The notes below the pieces were generated by a model. The model did no database searches and was not told where the DNA came from. It saw nothing but the letters and a program-made list of their open reading frames with translations. A DNA stretch of 64,000 bases from Candidatus Eremiobacteria bacterium. GTDB lineage: Bacteria > Vulcanimicrobiota > Vulcanimicrobiia > Vulcanimicrobiales > Vulcanimicrobiaceae. The stretch lies in contig CAVWUU010000002.1 of NCBI GenBank assembly GCA_963758295.1, positions 230,555-294,554 of the forward strand. Reading direction: 5' to 3'. This document shows, one piece after another, positions 19,371 through 29,386 of the stretch. A program made the position numbers and the translations under genes. The stretch's first letter is position 1. The number at the start of each line of letters is the position of its first letter.

Positions 19371-21118
19371 GGATGCTTAGCCGCCATTTTGGGAACGGGC
19401 GACGGCGCGGGCAGAACGCCGCTGTGCAACATGGCCGCACGCGCAATCTTCGTAAACGCGGGCGCCGCCACGATGCCGCCGTAGTAGGCGCCGACCGGCC
19501 GTTCCACTTTTACGTAAACCACGTAACGCGGATGCTCCGCGGGAATCATTCCAATGAACGACGCGGCGTAGGCGCCCGGTTCGTAACGGCCATCTACCAC
19601 CATCTGCGCGGTACCGGTCTTTCCGGCGGTTGTGTAGCCGGGAATTTGCGCGGACGGATTTCCCGTGCCCGCGACCACGACTTGACGCAAATACTGGCGC
19701 AGAATTGCCGCGGTCTTTTCCGAAAACACGCGCCGCTCGACTTCGCGCGGATATTGGTAAATCGTCTTGCCTTGCTGATCGTCAATAGCGCGCAAGATGT
19801 GCGGCCGCAGCAAAATGCCGCCGTTCGCAATCGCGCAATAGAAGCGTGCCATCGCAACCGGCGTAACCGAAACGCCTTGACCGAACGACATCGTCGCAAG
19901 CGACGAGTCGCTCCAATCGGCCGGCGCCGGAACGATGCCCGGATTCTCGCCTGGAAGACCAACCTCCGTCGGCGTGCCGAATCCGGCTCTGCGCTCCATC
20001 TCGTAGAATTTCTGCGAACCAACGTACATGCCGACTTCCGCGGCGCCGACGTTGTGCGAATATTGAATGATCTGTCCGAGCGTTTCGGTGGGGCCGGTAT
20101 CCGGCATGTCGTCGTCGGCATTGTGAATGACGTTGCCGCCGACGAGCAACGTCTCACGTGCCGGAAAACGCATCGAGGGCGTCACTTTGCCGGAGTCGAG
20201 CGCGACCGCCGCGGTGAGAAGCTTGAACGTGGATCCCGGTTCGTACGCGTCCATAACGGCGCGATCGCGGCGCGCGGAGTCGCTGAACTTCCAGAAGCGA
20301 TTTGGATCGAACTTCGGCATGTTCGACATGGCGAGAATTTCGCCACTCCACGGATCCATCACGATGGCGGTTCCGTCGAGCGCGTGAAACTTCGTTACTT
20401 GCTCCGCGAGCGCCGACTCGGTGACGTACTGCAGATACGAATCGAGCGTCAGCTGTAGATTCAATCCGGGCTGGGCCGCTTTCACGACGGTTTCGTGACC
20501 GAACGGAATCGGGCGCCCAAATTCGTCGGTTTCAAGCGTGACGCGTCCGGACGTGCCTTTCAGCAGGTTGTCGAACTCGTACTCGAGGCCGTCCAGTCCA
20601 TTTTCGTCGGTACCCACAAAGCCGAGAAGCGTGGACGCCGTGTCACCGACCATGTCGATGCGGCGGCCGGTGTCTTCTTCTTTCAGTTGCACGCCGGCGA
20701 GGTCGAGCGCGCGAACCTTGTCGGCAACGTCGCTTGGAACCTTGCGAGCGATCCACACGAACCACCGGGAGCGATCGTGCATGGCACTCACAACAGTTGG
20801 ATCGAGCTTCCCGAAGAAGCCTTGGAGTTTCTGAACTGCTGCGTCGGGGTCTAAGAGGTCGTGCGGAACGACGTAGACGCTTTCGGAGGGGAGCGATCGC
20901 ACCAGCACTGAGCCGTCGCGATCAGTGATGTTTCCGCGGCGCGCAAAAACTTCAACCGTGTCCGAACGTTGCGCGAGAGCCTCGCGTGCGTAGACCGGCC
21001 CCTTGAAGACCTGCACGAAATAGAGCTTTGCCGTTAAGAAAAGCCCAATTGCCAAGCACACATAGAAAAACACTTTCGCGCGCGTCGGGGCGACGCGCGC
21101 GAAGGTCCGTTGATGCAT
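19367..21118 (-). CDS. ftsI: Class B penicillin-binding protein (FtsI/PBP3)
   Basis: N-terminal TM, RGNITDR, EPGSTFK (SxxK), SHN (SxN) and KTGT. Confidence 0.92.
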   Translation of the reverse strand: MHQRTFARVAPTRAKVFFYVCLAIGLFLTAKLYFVQVFKGPVYAREALAQRSDTVEVFARRGNITDRDGSVLVRSLPSESVYVVPHDLLDPDAAVQKLQGFFGKLDPTVVSAMHDRSRWFVWIARKVPSDVADKVRALDLAGVQLKEEDTGRRIDMVGDTASTLLGFVGTDENGLDGLEYEFDNLLKGTSGRVTLETDEFGRPIPFGHETVVKAAQPGLNLQLTLDSYLQYVTESALAEQVTKFHALDGTAIVMDPWSGEILAMSNMPKFDPNRFWKFSDSARRDRAVMDAYEPGSTFKLLTAAVALDSGKVTPSMRFPARETLLVGGNVIHNADDDMPDTGPTETLGQIIQYSHNVGAAEVGMYVGSQKFYEMERRAGFGTPTEVGLPGENPGIVPAPADWSDSSLATMSFGQGVSVTPVAMARFYCAIANGGILLRPHILRAIDDQQGKTIYQYPREVERRVFSEKTAAILRQYLRQVVVAGTGNPSAQIPGYTTAGKTGTAQMVVDGRYEPGAYAASFIGMIPAEHPRYVVYVKVERPVGAYYGGIVAAPAFTKIARAAMLHSGVLPAPSPVPKMAAKHP

Positions 21119-21145
21119 CAGGACGCGACCCGTGATACCGCTCCG

Positions 21146-21598
21146 CTACCGCGCTCGCACGCGTGGAACGCCGCCGCCGCCGAACCAGCCGGCAACCGAC
21201 AACCAGGGTGCAAAACGATCGTTCGTAACGGTGGGCAAGCCGAGCTTGACGACGGCAAACTGTTGCGCTTCGTGCATGCCAAGCTTCGAGGCGACACGGG
21301 CGAGGCGTTCGTCGGAACGCAGCACCGCGATGCGGTCGTCGAAACGCGCGGTTTCTTCTTGGAGATCGTCGCGCTGTTGATGCGCTTTAGCAACGGCATA
21401 ACTGAGGCTGGTTACATTCGACGTGAGCATCACATACCCAAGCAGAGAAACGAGCACCACGCCGAGCACGGCGCATACGCGAAAGATTCCATTGTAGCGG
21501 GCGCGCGAATTGCGAACGATACGCACGCTGGTTGCGGTGCGCGCGCTTCGTGGGTTCTTGATGCGGGGTTGTGACTCAATAAGTTGTGGCTGGATCAT
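21146..21598 (-). CDS. ftsL: FtsL-like cell division protein
   Basis: Single TM followed by a coiled coil ending ARVASKLGM. Canonical position between rsmH and ftsI. ATG 21598 follows AGGACAAGG. Confidence 0.7.
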   Translation of the reverse strand: MIQPQLIESQPRIKNPRSARTATSVRIVRNSRARYNGIFRVCAVLGVVLVSLLGYVMLTSNVTSLSYAVAKAHQQRDDLQEETARFDDRIAVLRSDERLARVASKLGMHEAQQFAVVKLGLPTVTNDRFAPWLSVAGWFGGGGVPRVRAR

Positions 21599-21605
21599 CC
21601 TTGTC

Positions 21606-22479
21606 CTAACTGGCCTTCCGTTGCGCCGCGCGCATCTTTGCACTCCGTGCGCGCGGATTGTTCGCCATTTCTTGATCGCTGGGAAGTAGCGGCTTCTTGG
21701 TGAGAACGTTCAGCCGCTCGTCGCCGCGAAAGGTTTGCTTCACGATGCGATCCTCAAGCGAGTGAAAGCTTATGACCACCACGCGCCCCGCGCCTCGAAG
21801 CTGATCGATGGCCGAGGTGAGCCCTTCGCGCAGAACGTCTAGCTCGTCGTTCACGGCTATGCGCAACGCCTGGAAGACGCGCGTCGCCGGATGAATACGC
21901 TCGCGCTTGCCCGGACGGTGGACGATGCCGGCCACCATCTGCGCGAATTCCGTCGTGGTCGTCGGCAAGCGGCCCCGAGTTGCGCCGTTCCACGATGGCG
22001 TGCGCAATCCGACGCGCGGCGCGCTCTTCACCGTAGTAATAGAAGATGTCCGCGAGCTCGCTCTCGCTCGCCGTGTTCAGGACTTCGTAAGCACTCTGCC
22101 CCTTATGCGGATCCATTCGCATGTCGAGCGGAGCAGACTCACGGAAAGAAAAGCCTCGGCTTGCATCATCCAGCTGCATCGACGAAACCCCCAAATCGAA
22201 AAGCACTCCGTCCACGAACTCCACGCCGCACTCGTCGAGGACGCGACGAAGCTCCGAGAAGTTGGCTTGAACGAAGGTGAACGACGGATGCTCGATTGCC
22301 CGTGCGCGATCCACCGCGTGCGGATCCGCATCGATGGCGATGAGGCGTCCCGTATCCAAGCGGTCCAAGATCGCTCGCGTGTGCCCGCCCGCACCAAACG
22401 TCGCATCGACGTAAATCCCATCCGGCCGGATCGCCAGATACTCCAGCGCCGGCTCCAATAGCACCGAAACGTGATTCAT
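21606..22479 (-). CDS. rsmH: 16S rRNA m4C1402 methyltransferase (split by one apparent extra G near 21975)
   Basis: HVSVLL, DATFGAGGH, DLGVSSMQLD and PLDMRM are in one frame. HPATRVFQALRI, SFHSLEDR and NPRARSAK are in the next frame. Confidence 0.9.
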
Positions 22480-22491
22480 GCACACATACCA

Positions 22492-22935
22492 TTAGTAGAT
22501 GCCGAGGTCGGCCATGAACTCGGCCACCTCGCCCTCCGGCGCGGCATGTTCCGCGTAGCGTTCTTTGGCCCAAATCTCCACGCGCGTCAGAGTGCCGACC
22601 GAGACGACCTCCCGGTCGATGCCGGCATACGCCCGCAAAGCGGCGGGTATCAGAAGGCGGCCCTGGGCGTCGCACGCGACTTCCTCGGTGTTGGCGAAGA
22701 TGTGGCGGACGAGCTGACGATACCGCTGGTCTTTACGCGGCGCTTCCTCTAAACGTGCGCAAACCTGACCCCAAGTAATGCTCGGGTAGAGAGCAAGGCA
22801 TGGGTCCGGCTCGGCGATCGTGATAAAGAAGCCCGCACCAAGCCGCTCGCGGAAACGCGCAGGAACGATAAGCCGGCCTTTATCATCTAAGGCATGCTCG
22901 ACCGAACCCGTAAAGCGCGGGAGATCCGCGTGCAC
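22492..22935 (-). CDS. mraZ: Division/cell wall cluster transcriptional repressor MraZ
   Basis: Two DxxGR motifs (LDDKGRL, CDAQGRL) and VEIW. First gene of the dcw cluster. Confidence 0.95.
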   Translation of the reverse strand: MHADLPRFTGSVEHALDDKGRLIVPARFRERLGAGFFITIAEPDPCLALYPSITWGQVCARLEEAPRKDQRYRQLVRHIFANTEEVACDAQGRLLIPAALRAYAGIDREVVSVGTLTRVEIWAKERYAEHAAPEGEVAEFMADLGIY

Positions 22936-22952
22936 AATTCCCCTCCCTGCGA

Positions 22953-23005
22953 CACCACCTTACACCACTTTGCACCACTATACGCCCTCAGGTAGGGGAA
23001 GGCAA
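22953..23005 (-). promoter_or_regulatory. dcw promoter (TTGCCT-17-TATAGT) with three MraZ-binding repeats
   Basis: Minus-strand GTGGTG occurs three times with a 10-bp period at 22953-58, 22963-68 and 22973-78. The -10 is at 22977-82 and the -35 at 23000-05. Confidence 0.8.
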
Positions 23006-23140
23006 GGGCGATTTCCTTACGCCGACCGGCGAAATATCTAATTTTGGAAGTCGATGTCCCAGGCTGGAAAAGGCTCTTTTGCGACAGTGGATGTCTGAAT
23101 CTATGAAGGCGCAGCGGGACACCCCGCCGCTGGCCCTGGG

Positions 23141-23167
23141 TGGTATACTGACTAGACGAACTAGTTA
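23141..23167 (+). promoter_or_regulatory. Extended -10 promoter and palindromic operator of the toxin-antitoxin operon
   Basis: TGgTATACT followed by the inverted repeat TGACTAG-ACGAA-CTAGTTA. Confidence 0.55.
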
Positions 23168-23177
23168 GGGGGCCAGC

Positions 23178-23534
23178 ATGGCGGAACGTAGGACTCTTCG
23201 TATGGCGGCCGGCGTCAGACTCATCAAATCCCTCACCGGGTTCACGAGCGTTCGCTCAAAATTGTGGCAAGCTGTCGCAAACGCCACTGATCGCTGGCAG
23301 CTGCAAGACGCCAAAGCACAATTTAGCGAGGTCGTGCAGCGCGCGCTCGACGGCAAACCGCAGTGCGTAACGAAACACGGACGAGACGCGGTACTCGTTA
23401 TTGCGTACGACACTCTCGTCGACGCGGTTCGCCCAAAGCAGAACCTTTTCGACTTCTTCCAATCGTCACCATTGGTCGCGGTTGATCTCGATTTGGATCG
23501 CTTACCTGGCGACGTTCGCGAGATCGACCTTTGA
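23178..23534 (+). CDS. Phd/YefM family antitoxin
   Basis: WQLQDAKAQFSEVVQRA..PQCVTKHG. Overlaps the start of the PIN toxin gene. Confidence 0.85.
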   Translation: MAERRTLRMAAGVRLIKSLTGFTSVRSKLWQAVANATDRWQLQDAKAQFSEVVQRALDGKPQCVTKHGRDAVLVIAYDTLVDAVRPKQNLFDFFQSSPLVAVDLDLDRLPGDVREIDL

Positions 23535-23959
23535 GCGGGTTCCTCGTGGATACGTGCGCTGTTTCCGAAGCGATTAAACCACGTCCGGATCAAGGCTTAG
23601 CGGCATGGCTTCGCGGCGTAGATCCTGAGCAGGTTTACATCAGTGTAGTTACACTTGGGGAGATTCGCAAAAGGATCGAGTGTAGCACGGATGGCGCTAA
23701 AAAGGCGCCACTCGAAGCATGGCTTACAAACGACATCGCGCAGCAGTTTGCCGGTCGAGTTCTTTCGTTTAATGCTGATGTTGCCGATCGATGGGGCCGT
23801 TTAGTCGCAACACTGAAGCAAAGCGGCATAAGGCCGGCTGCGATCGATTCGCTGATCGCTGCGACTGCGCTGCAGCACAACTTGAGCATCATTACCCGGA
23901 ACGAAAAAGACTTCAAGACGATGGGTGTAGGCGTGACGAACCCCTGGTCGACGACGTAA
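23531..23959 (+). CDS. vapC: VapC family PIN-domain toxin
   Basis: FLVDT, LGEI, IDSLIAATA and TRNEKDF carry the PIN acidic residues. Confidence 0.9.
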   Translation: MSGFLVDTCAVSEAIKPRPDQGLAAWLRGVDPEQVYISVVTLGEIRKRIECSTDGAKKAPLEAWLTNDIAQQFAGRVLSFNADVADRWGRLVATLKQSGIRPAAIDSLIAATALQHNLSIITRNEKDFKTMGVGVTNPWSTT

Positions 23960-24152
23960 CGAAAAGCCAACGTCTGCAGCTTCGATTTTCAAGAGCGGCG
24001 CGGATTGCAGCGGACCTCTACTTTAAACGCTGGGCTCCTGAATCTACAGTGTCGGCACAATGAAGTTGTTGACAAGCCTACCTGCCAGTCAGCTTCCACG
24101 CCTGAACAAACGAAGCCACCTCCTGGGATGACGCCGAAGGCCTCGCCTAATG

Positions 24153-25358
24153 TGTGTAAACCGAGATTTCGTCTGACAGTTGGCGCATGATCGCGTCGCT
24201 GAGTGTCAGATGGTTCCAATGGCGCTAAACTCAGGCTGCAAATAGCTTCTCCTTGGCGAGTTCCAAGCTGTCGAAAAATGTCTGCATCGGCGTCTTGCCG
24301 TAACACCAGCGCCCTTGATGCGTACGTTCTATGTTGTACTCGCGCATCCATGCATCGAGATCGGCTTGCAGCTCGTCGACCGTATGGTAAATCTTCTTGC
24401 GGAATGCCACGCGGTAGAATTCGTTAAGCATTGTCTTATGAAGGCGTTCAACGATGCCGTTTGTTTGGCGGCTCTTTGCCTTGGTGCGCGTGTGATCGAT
24501 GTCTTCGATTGCGAGGTACAACTCGTAAGGATGTTTCTGGACGTCTCCGCAGTACTCGGTTCCACGATCGGTGAGGATTCGGCTCACGCGAATATCGTGC
24601 TCTTCGAAGAATGGAATGACCCGATCATTGAGCAGATCTACTGCAGTGATTGGCGTCTTTTGCTGGTACAGCTTCGCGAATCCAACTTTGCTATACGTGT
24701 CGACGAAGGTCTGCTGATATACACGGCCAACACCTTTGAGCGTGCCGACGTAGAACGTGTCTTGTGCGCCGCAATAACCGGGGCATTCACTCTCGAACTC
24801 GCCGTGCGCGTCCTTCTCGTTCTGCGCCTTCTCAAGTGCTGCGAGCTGCGCTTCGGTCAGAACCAAACCTTCCTGTGCGCTTTTTGCTTCTAGTGCTTTC
24901 AATCGTTTCTTCATCGTCTCAAGATCGTGCCGCTGCCAAACGCAGCGCACGCCGGCGGGAGAAACGGTCATTGCACGTTTTTTGAGTTCATTGGCGACGC
25001 GCACTTGGCCGAACGCCGGCTGTTCTATTGCGAGCGTCACGATCGCATCTTCGATCGTTGGATCGATTCGGTTCTTCAGGATCGGTTTTCGGCGGGAGAT
25101 TTCCGCGAGCGCTGCCTCACCGCCGGTTTCATAGAGCTCTTGGAAGCGATAGAAACTATCGCGACTAAACCCCATCATCTTGCAAGCCTGCTGCACGTTC
25201 CCCAACTGCTTTGCAAGGTTGAGCAGGCCGACTTTGGCACGAATGACTTTGCGTTCGGTGGTCAAGATCGTCTCCTTCGTCGCCGACGTCACGCTCAGTG
25301 ACGCGGCAGGATGCGATGCGACCTTCGCCAACTGTCCGATTAAGTCTTAGCTAATACA
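24153..25358 (-). mobile_element. IS481-family insertion sequence, apparently complete
   Basis: Ends TGT...ACA with an imperfect 29-bp IR (TGTGTAAACCGAGATTTCGTCTGACAGTT versus TGTATTAGCTAAGACTTAATCGGACAGTT). Flanked by direct repeat CCTAATG at 24146-52 and 25359-65. Confidence 0.85.
24231..25265 (-). CDS. IS481 family transposase
   Basis: N-terminal HTH and DDE residues (AQDT, TDRGTEY, NGIVER). TTG start follows AAGGAG. Confidence 0.9.
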   Translation of the reverse strand: MTTERKVIRAKVGLLNLAKQLGNVQQACKMMGFSRDSFYRFQELYETGGEAALAEISRRKPILKNRIDPTIEDAIVTLAIEQPAFGQVRVANELKKRAMTVSPAGVRCVWQRHDLETMKKRLKALEAKSAQEGLVLTEAQLAALEKAQNEKDAHGEFESECPGYCGAQDTFYVGTLKGVGRVYQQTFVDTYSKVGFAKLYQQKTPITAVDLLNDRVIPFFEEHDIRVSRILTDRGTEYCGDVQKHPYELYLAIEDIDHTRTKAKSRQTNGIVERLHKTMLNEFYRVAFRKKIYHTVDELQADLDAWMREYNIERTHQGRWCYGKTPMQTFFDSLELAKEKLFAA

Positions 25359-25359
25359 C

Positions 25360-25740
25360 CTAATGTTGAGTGAGCAATCGTCTGCAACCGTGCTCCGGGT
25401 GCGCTTGAGCAACTTCCGTCAGCCTTGTCGCGACGCGGGCATCTTGTTCTGCTTTGAACGTGGCGATCTCGCGCGGCGAGCGCCGGCGTGCGCGTGCGCT
25501 TTTGCACGCTTCACGTTGAGAAAGGCCGAGCTGTTGCAAGGCCTTCACGGCTTCGGCTCGCCGGGAAGGCTCCAGGAGCTTTTTCGCATCAACTCTTCGA
25601 TTGCGTCGATCTTCACGGTTTGTCGCGCGATGATCCGCTGCATCTGCACGTTTTCGGATTCAAGTTGTTGAGCCGCTCGAGATCGCTCGCATTCATCCCG
25701 TGGTATTTCGAGCGCCGAAGCCGGATCGTGTTCGCGTGAA
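25360..25740 (-). pseudogene. Degenerate IS3-family remnant (orfA C-terminus, orfB N-terminus)
   Basis: SKYHGMNASDLERL, then after a frameshift QLESENVQMQRIIARQ, then LGLSQREAC..AQAHPEHGCRR, truncated. Confidence 0.65.
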
Positions 25741-25744
25741 CGCC

Positions 25745-26060
25745 GTGACGACCCGCGTTAGCGGGTAGCCGTTACGGGAGTTGTGGCGACGAACTTCGCG
25801 GTCGCCGTAGGGAGCGCCGCCGCGCCCCTCAACATCGGCTTCCATTATGCGGTGCGCGATAAACTGGAGCATCTCGAGCACAAAATCAACGTCGCTGCCC
25901 TTTTCAACGAGTTCGGCGGGTGCCATACTGTGGTTGGTCATCGTGTCCTTTCGTGTCGGTGTTTCTTTTGCAAGAACAACCTTCGCCGAAAGCCACGGTG
26001 GCAGCTCTCGTTTATGCTACAACGACGGTCCTGTCATGCACCACGCCGTGGGACACGATC
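25745..26060 (-). pseudogene. IS256-family transposase 5' fragment with a probable IS end
   Basis: ELVEKGSDVDFVLEML..RIMEADVE..GAPYGDR..RHNSRNGY is an IS256 N-terminus. Probable end sequence GATCGTGTCCCACGGCGTGG. Confidence 0.7.
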
Positions 26061-26097
26061 CACGCAGTCCGCACACGAACGGGTCGTGCCCCCGTTC

Positions 26098-26964
26098 TTA
26101 CTCCGCCGGGTCTCCAGGAATCGCGACGTTTTGAGTGAGCTGTTTGGCACGGCGAGCGAACTCGTCAGGCGATAAATTGCCGAGGGAACTGTACGGGTGA
26201 TTCGCGTTGTAGTCGCGTCTCCATGCCGCTGCTTGGTGTTGGGCGTCGGCGAGCGATCGGAACCAATTCGGATTGAGCAGTTCTTGACGAACGCGATTGT
26301 TGAACGATTCGCAAAATGCGTTGTCTGATGGCCGTCCTGGCCGCGAGAAGGCGAGTTTAACCTTCGTCCAGTGCGCCCATTGGTCGAGATGTAGTGAAAT
26401 GAATTCAGGCCCGTTATCGCAGTGAATTCGGTGGGGCGAGCCGCGTTCTGAAACGAGGCGGCGCAATACGTCGACGACTTGGGGCGATTTGAAGCCATAG
26501 GCGGCTTCCAGTGCGAGGTTCTCGCGGCTAAAGTTATCGACTACAATTAAGAGACGGATCTTCGTTCCGTCTGCGAGCAGATCGTGCATGAAATCCATCG
26601 ACCAACTCTGGTTAGGGGCCGTCAATGTTATGGGCTCTTCGCGAATGAGTGCAGCACGCCGGCGTTTGGGCGCTTTAACCCGCATAGAAAGACCTTCTTC
26701 ACGATAGATACGGGCGACGCGCTTCACGTTTGCAAGCCAACCCTCGCGGCGAAGAAGCACATGTATGCGTCGATATCCAAAACGGACGCGCGTCGTCGCG
26801 ATTTCCCTGATTCGCATGCGCAATGCAGCATCGTCGCGCTTAACGGACTTATAGTTGAGCGTTTTTCGATTGACGTCGAGAATCGCACACGCGCGGCGTT
26901 CGCTTAGGCGCCACGCCTGGCGAACGTGCGGCAGCACCACCTTGGCGCGTACTTTTCTCACCAC
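26098..26964 (-). CDS. IS3 transposase OrfB (fused to OrfA by programmed -1 frameshift)
   Basis: FGYRRI and DDE motifs WSMDF, DNGPEF and ESFN. In the -1 frame relative to orfA at the A8G run 26964-72. Confidence 0.9.
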   Translation of the reverse strand: MVRKVRAKVVLPHVRQAWRLSERRACAILDVNRKTLNYKSVKRDDAALRMRIREIATTRVRFGYRRIHVLLRREGWLANVKRVARIYREEGLSMRVKAPKRRRAALIREEPITLTAPNQSWSMDFMHDLLADGTKIRLLIVVDNFSRENLALEAAYGFKSPQVVDVLRRLVSERGSPHRIHCDNGPEFISLHLDQWAHWTKVKLAFSRPGRPSDNAFCESFNNRVRQELLNPNWFRSLADAQHQAAAWRRDYNANHPYSSLGNLSPDEFARRAKQLTQNVAIPGDPAE

Positions 26965-27224
26965 TTTTTTTTGAGCACGTCCTGGAGCACATGGCGGTCG
27001 AGCGTCAGATCGGCGACGACCTGCTTAAGCTGTGCATTTTCAGCGCGCAGTTGACGCAGTTCGCGGATTTCGGGCGTCCCAAAGCTGCCGAACCGTTTCT
27101 TCCAGGTGTAAAACGTCGCTTCGGAAATGCCCAGCTTACGGGTGATTTCGGCGACCGGCGTTCCGGTTTCGGCTTGCCGCAGGGACGCGGCGATCTGTTC
27201 ATCGGAGTAACGTGATTTACGCAC
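26958..27224 (-). CDS. IS3 transposase OrfA
   Basis: MRKSRYSDEQI..LGISEATFYTWKK..LRAENAQLK. Ends in the slippery sequence AAAAAAAAG-TGG-TGA. Confidence 0.9.
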   Translation of the reverse strand: MRKSRYSDEQIAASLRQAETGTPVAEITRKLGISEATFYTWKKRFGSFGTPEIRELRQLRAENAQLKQVVADLTLDRHVLQDVLKKKW

Positions 27225-27483
27225 GGGCGAACCTCCTTGAGGTTGGGAGTTCGCCGCGATTTTCTAGATTTCCGTGGCGTAAGATTTGGGGAGAAGACCC
27301 GAACGAGAACAAGCCGTGACGGAAGGACGCAGGCATTTAAAGTTCTTTGTCTTTCTAGGTACTAAAGAACTACGGAGATACAGAGGCAAGGCGACAAGCG
27401 ATCGGCAATAGATGCCACCTGATCAATAGAACGCCTGATGAATACCTGTTCCTTGGCGTTCGCTTCTATAAGGGTGTGAACTT

Positions 27484-28725
27484 TTGTGCGACCGTCATAG
27501 GGTCTTTTTTAGGCTCTTTCTTGCTTTTCAAATCATCGCAACAACGCTTCTCTTACAGGGATGTGCCCAAGGCGTTGTGCCAAGTCATCTAGACAAAGTT
27601 GGCGCTCCCGCAAACACCTCGTCGACTAGCGGAAAGCCACAATACGGCAATGACTGCAATGAGTTGCCTTTATACGGAAAACCGGTCATCCATCGTATGA
27701 CATCGATAGTTGGCTGCACACCAATTGGCGGTGGCGGCACGTCGAATACATTCGACGGCTGCGAGCCCGGCATGTCGGATTTCGGATGCGACGCTCCGGC
27801 CGGCGGAAACGGTTCAACAGACGGGACGGGCTTTGCCTGGGTTCCGGGAGGTTGCGCCCGAGCTTACGAGCCTACGTGGAATTGCATGCCGGGGTTTTGG
27901 GGCAACGTCATCGGATGCGACGTTAATCCTTCAATCTGTATGCTTGGATATACGCCGCCCGATGCGACGTCGACCCCTTCGCCAACGCCAATTCGGGTAC
28001 CAGCGTACCCGATGTGCGGGCCGAACGCTGGTGCCCCTAGTGCCCGTCCAGCGTTGGCTGATCCTCGTGTTTCAGCCCTAATAAACGCCTTAGTAAATCA
28101 ACTTAAAAATACGCCCACGATGGTGAACGATCCCGGCCTCGATGCAGTGGCGCAAGCGAAGCCATCAACGTCGGTCATTTATTGGAATCCCAACCTAGTT
28201 ACTAATTACACTACGATGGAGGTGGCGCAAAGCTTGTTTCATGAAGCTGATCATCTGTTTTGGAACGCTCCACGACTGAATGGAACGGCCGCGCCACTAG
28301 GAGTCGAACCCACCTCCCCGGTGAGCGAAACGCTGTACGCTAGTGGTGGCTATGTGCTAGTAGTTAGGTATGGCAATGGATACATCGATGCCTACAATCA
28401 CGCTCAAACGCATAACGACATTGTTGCTGTTTTCGGTGCGTCGGCAGGGGATCAAACCAGTGCTTTGCAACAGGTTTATCAAGACAACGAAACGACAGTT
28501 TACTACAACGCAGCAGTCGTGACCGACAAAGCTTCGCAGATGGACGACTTTTTAACAAAGAACAAGAGCACAATCTTGACTGGTGGAAACCTCTCCGATG
28601 GCTCTGCGGTCAAGGCGTTTATGAATGCGTATGGCAGCACCTGTGGATCTAGAGGCTATACTGCTGCTTATACGATCGCGCAATATTATAGCGCTAGCGA
28701 AGCGTCCTGGACGGGAACCTATTAA
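27484..28725 (+). CDS. Cys-rich lipoprotein with HExxH zinc-metallopeptidase-like motif
   Basis: Lipobox LLLQGC, a Cys/Gly-rich N-terminal half, a Pro/Thr linker and QSLFHEADHL. Confidence 0.6.
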   Translation: MCDRHRVFFRLFLAFQIIATTLLLQGCAQGVVPSHLDKVGAPANTSSTSGKPQYGNDCNELPLYGKPVIHRMTSIVGCTPIGGGGTSNTFDGCEPGMSDFGCDAPAGGNGSTDGTGFAWVPGGCARAYEPTWNCMPGFWGNVIGCDVNPSICMLGYTPPDATSTPSPTPIRVPAYPMCGPNAGAPSARPALADPRVSALINALVNQLKNTPTMVNDPGLDAVAQAKPSTSVIYWNPNLVTNYTTMEVAQSLFHEADHLFWNAPRLNGTAAPLGVEPTSPVSETLYASGGYVLVVRYGNGYIDAYNHAQTHNDIVAVFGASAGDQTSALQQVYQDNETTVYYNAAVVTDKASQMDDFLTKNKSTILTGGNLSDGSAVKAFMNAYGSTCGSRGYTAAYTIAQYYSASEASWTGTY

Positions 28726-28727
28726 CT

Positions 28728-29177
28728 ATGCTGCCCTTAGTTTCGCATGAGTTAGTGGCTGGCGCCGCCGTGAGCGCCACAGACATAATCCAGCCATTTC
28801 TGCCGGACCCGCTGAATCGCGTCGGAGAGTTTCAATACTGGACAGGGTACATCACAGCTTATGAACCGCTAGACATTAATTCCCCGTTAGCAGCCGGCTA
28901 TCCGCGCGTGCAGATGGTTTTTCTGCGCGACGGGCAGAAAAAGACGTATTACGTATATCTTGCGCCCCATGCAGTCTTTAATTCCGAGCCTATCGGATGC
29001 GCCACGCCGATGCTTGATACAACTTACGGCCCTGCTGCGATGTGTGACCACTTGCCCATCGGCATCAAATTGGGAATCACTCATGTAAGGTTAAAAGTTT
29101 GGTTTGAGATCGGGATGATTGGCCTAGGATATCAACTGCTCCCGGCCACGAATAATATCGAGACCGCACCTCTATAG
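28728..29177 (+). CDS. Hypothetical protein, partner of the upstream lipoprotein
   Basis: Starts 2 nt after the upstream stop, has two Cys, and shares the downstream terminator. Confidence 0.55.
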   Translation: MLPLVSHELVAGAAVSATDIIQPFLPDPLNRVGEFQYWTGYITAYEPLDINSPLAAGYPRVQMVFLRDGQKKTYYVYLAPHAVFNSEPIGCATPMLDTTYGPAAMCDHLPIGIKLGITHVRLKVWFEIGMIGLGYQLLPATNNIETAPL

Positions 29178-29247
29178 GAAGAATCGCCGAAGGTATAAGT
29201 ACGCTACCGGCGCGCCTTATTAGTGCATCGAGGTAAATTCGACAGAT

Positions 29248-29284
29248 AGCAAGAGCTCGTATGAAAATACGGCTCTTGCTTTTT
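29248..29284 (+). terminator. Intrinsic terminator
   Basis: AGCAAGAGC-TCGTAT-GAAA-ATACG-GCTCTTGCT-TTTT. Confidence 0.75.
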
Positions 29285-29386
29285 GATCGAAGGCTGGGTC
29301 AAGTCCAGGTCTAACGCATGTTTTACGGTTAGGACAGCGTCGTCGCTAGCATTCGGGAAATAGGCCTTCAAACGCATTCCACTTAG

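Larger units (their letters stand above)
26081..27300 (-). mobile_element. IS3-family (IS407-like) insertion sequence
   Basis: Imperfect IRs GGGTCGTGCCCCCGTTCTTACTCCGC and GTGGCGTAAGATTTGGGGAGAAGACCC. Direct repeat GAAC at 26077-80 and 27301-04. Confidence 0.75.
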
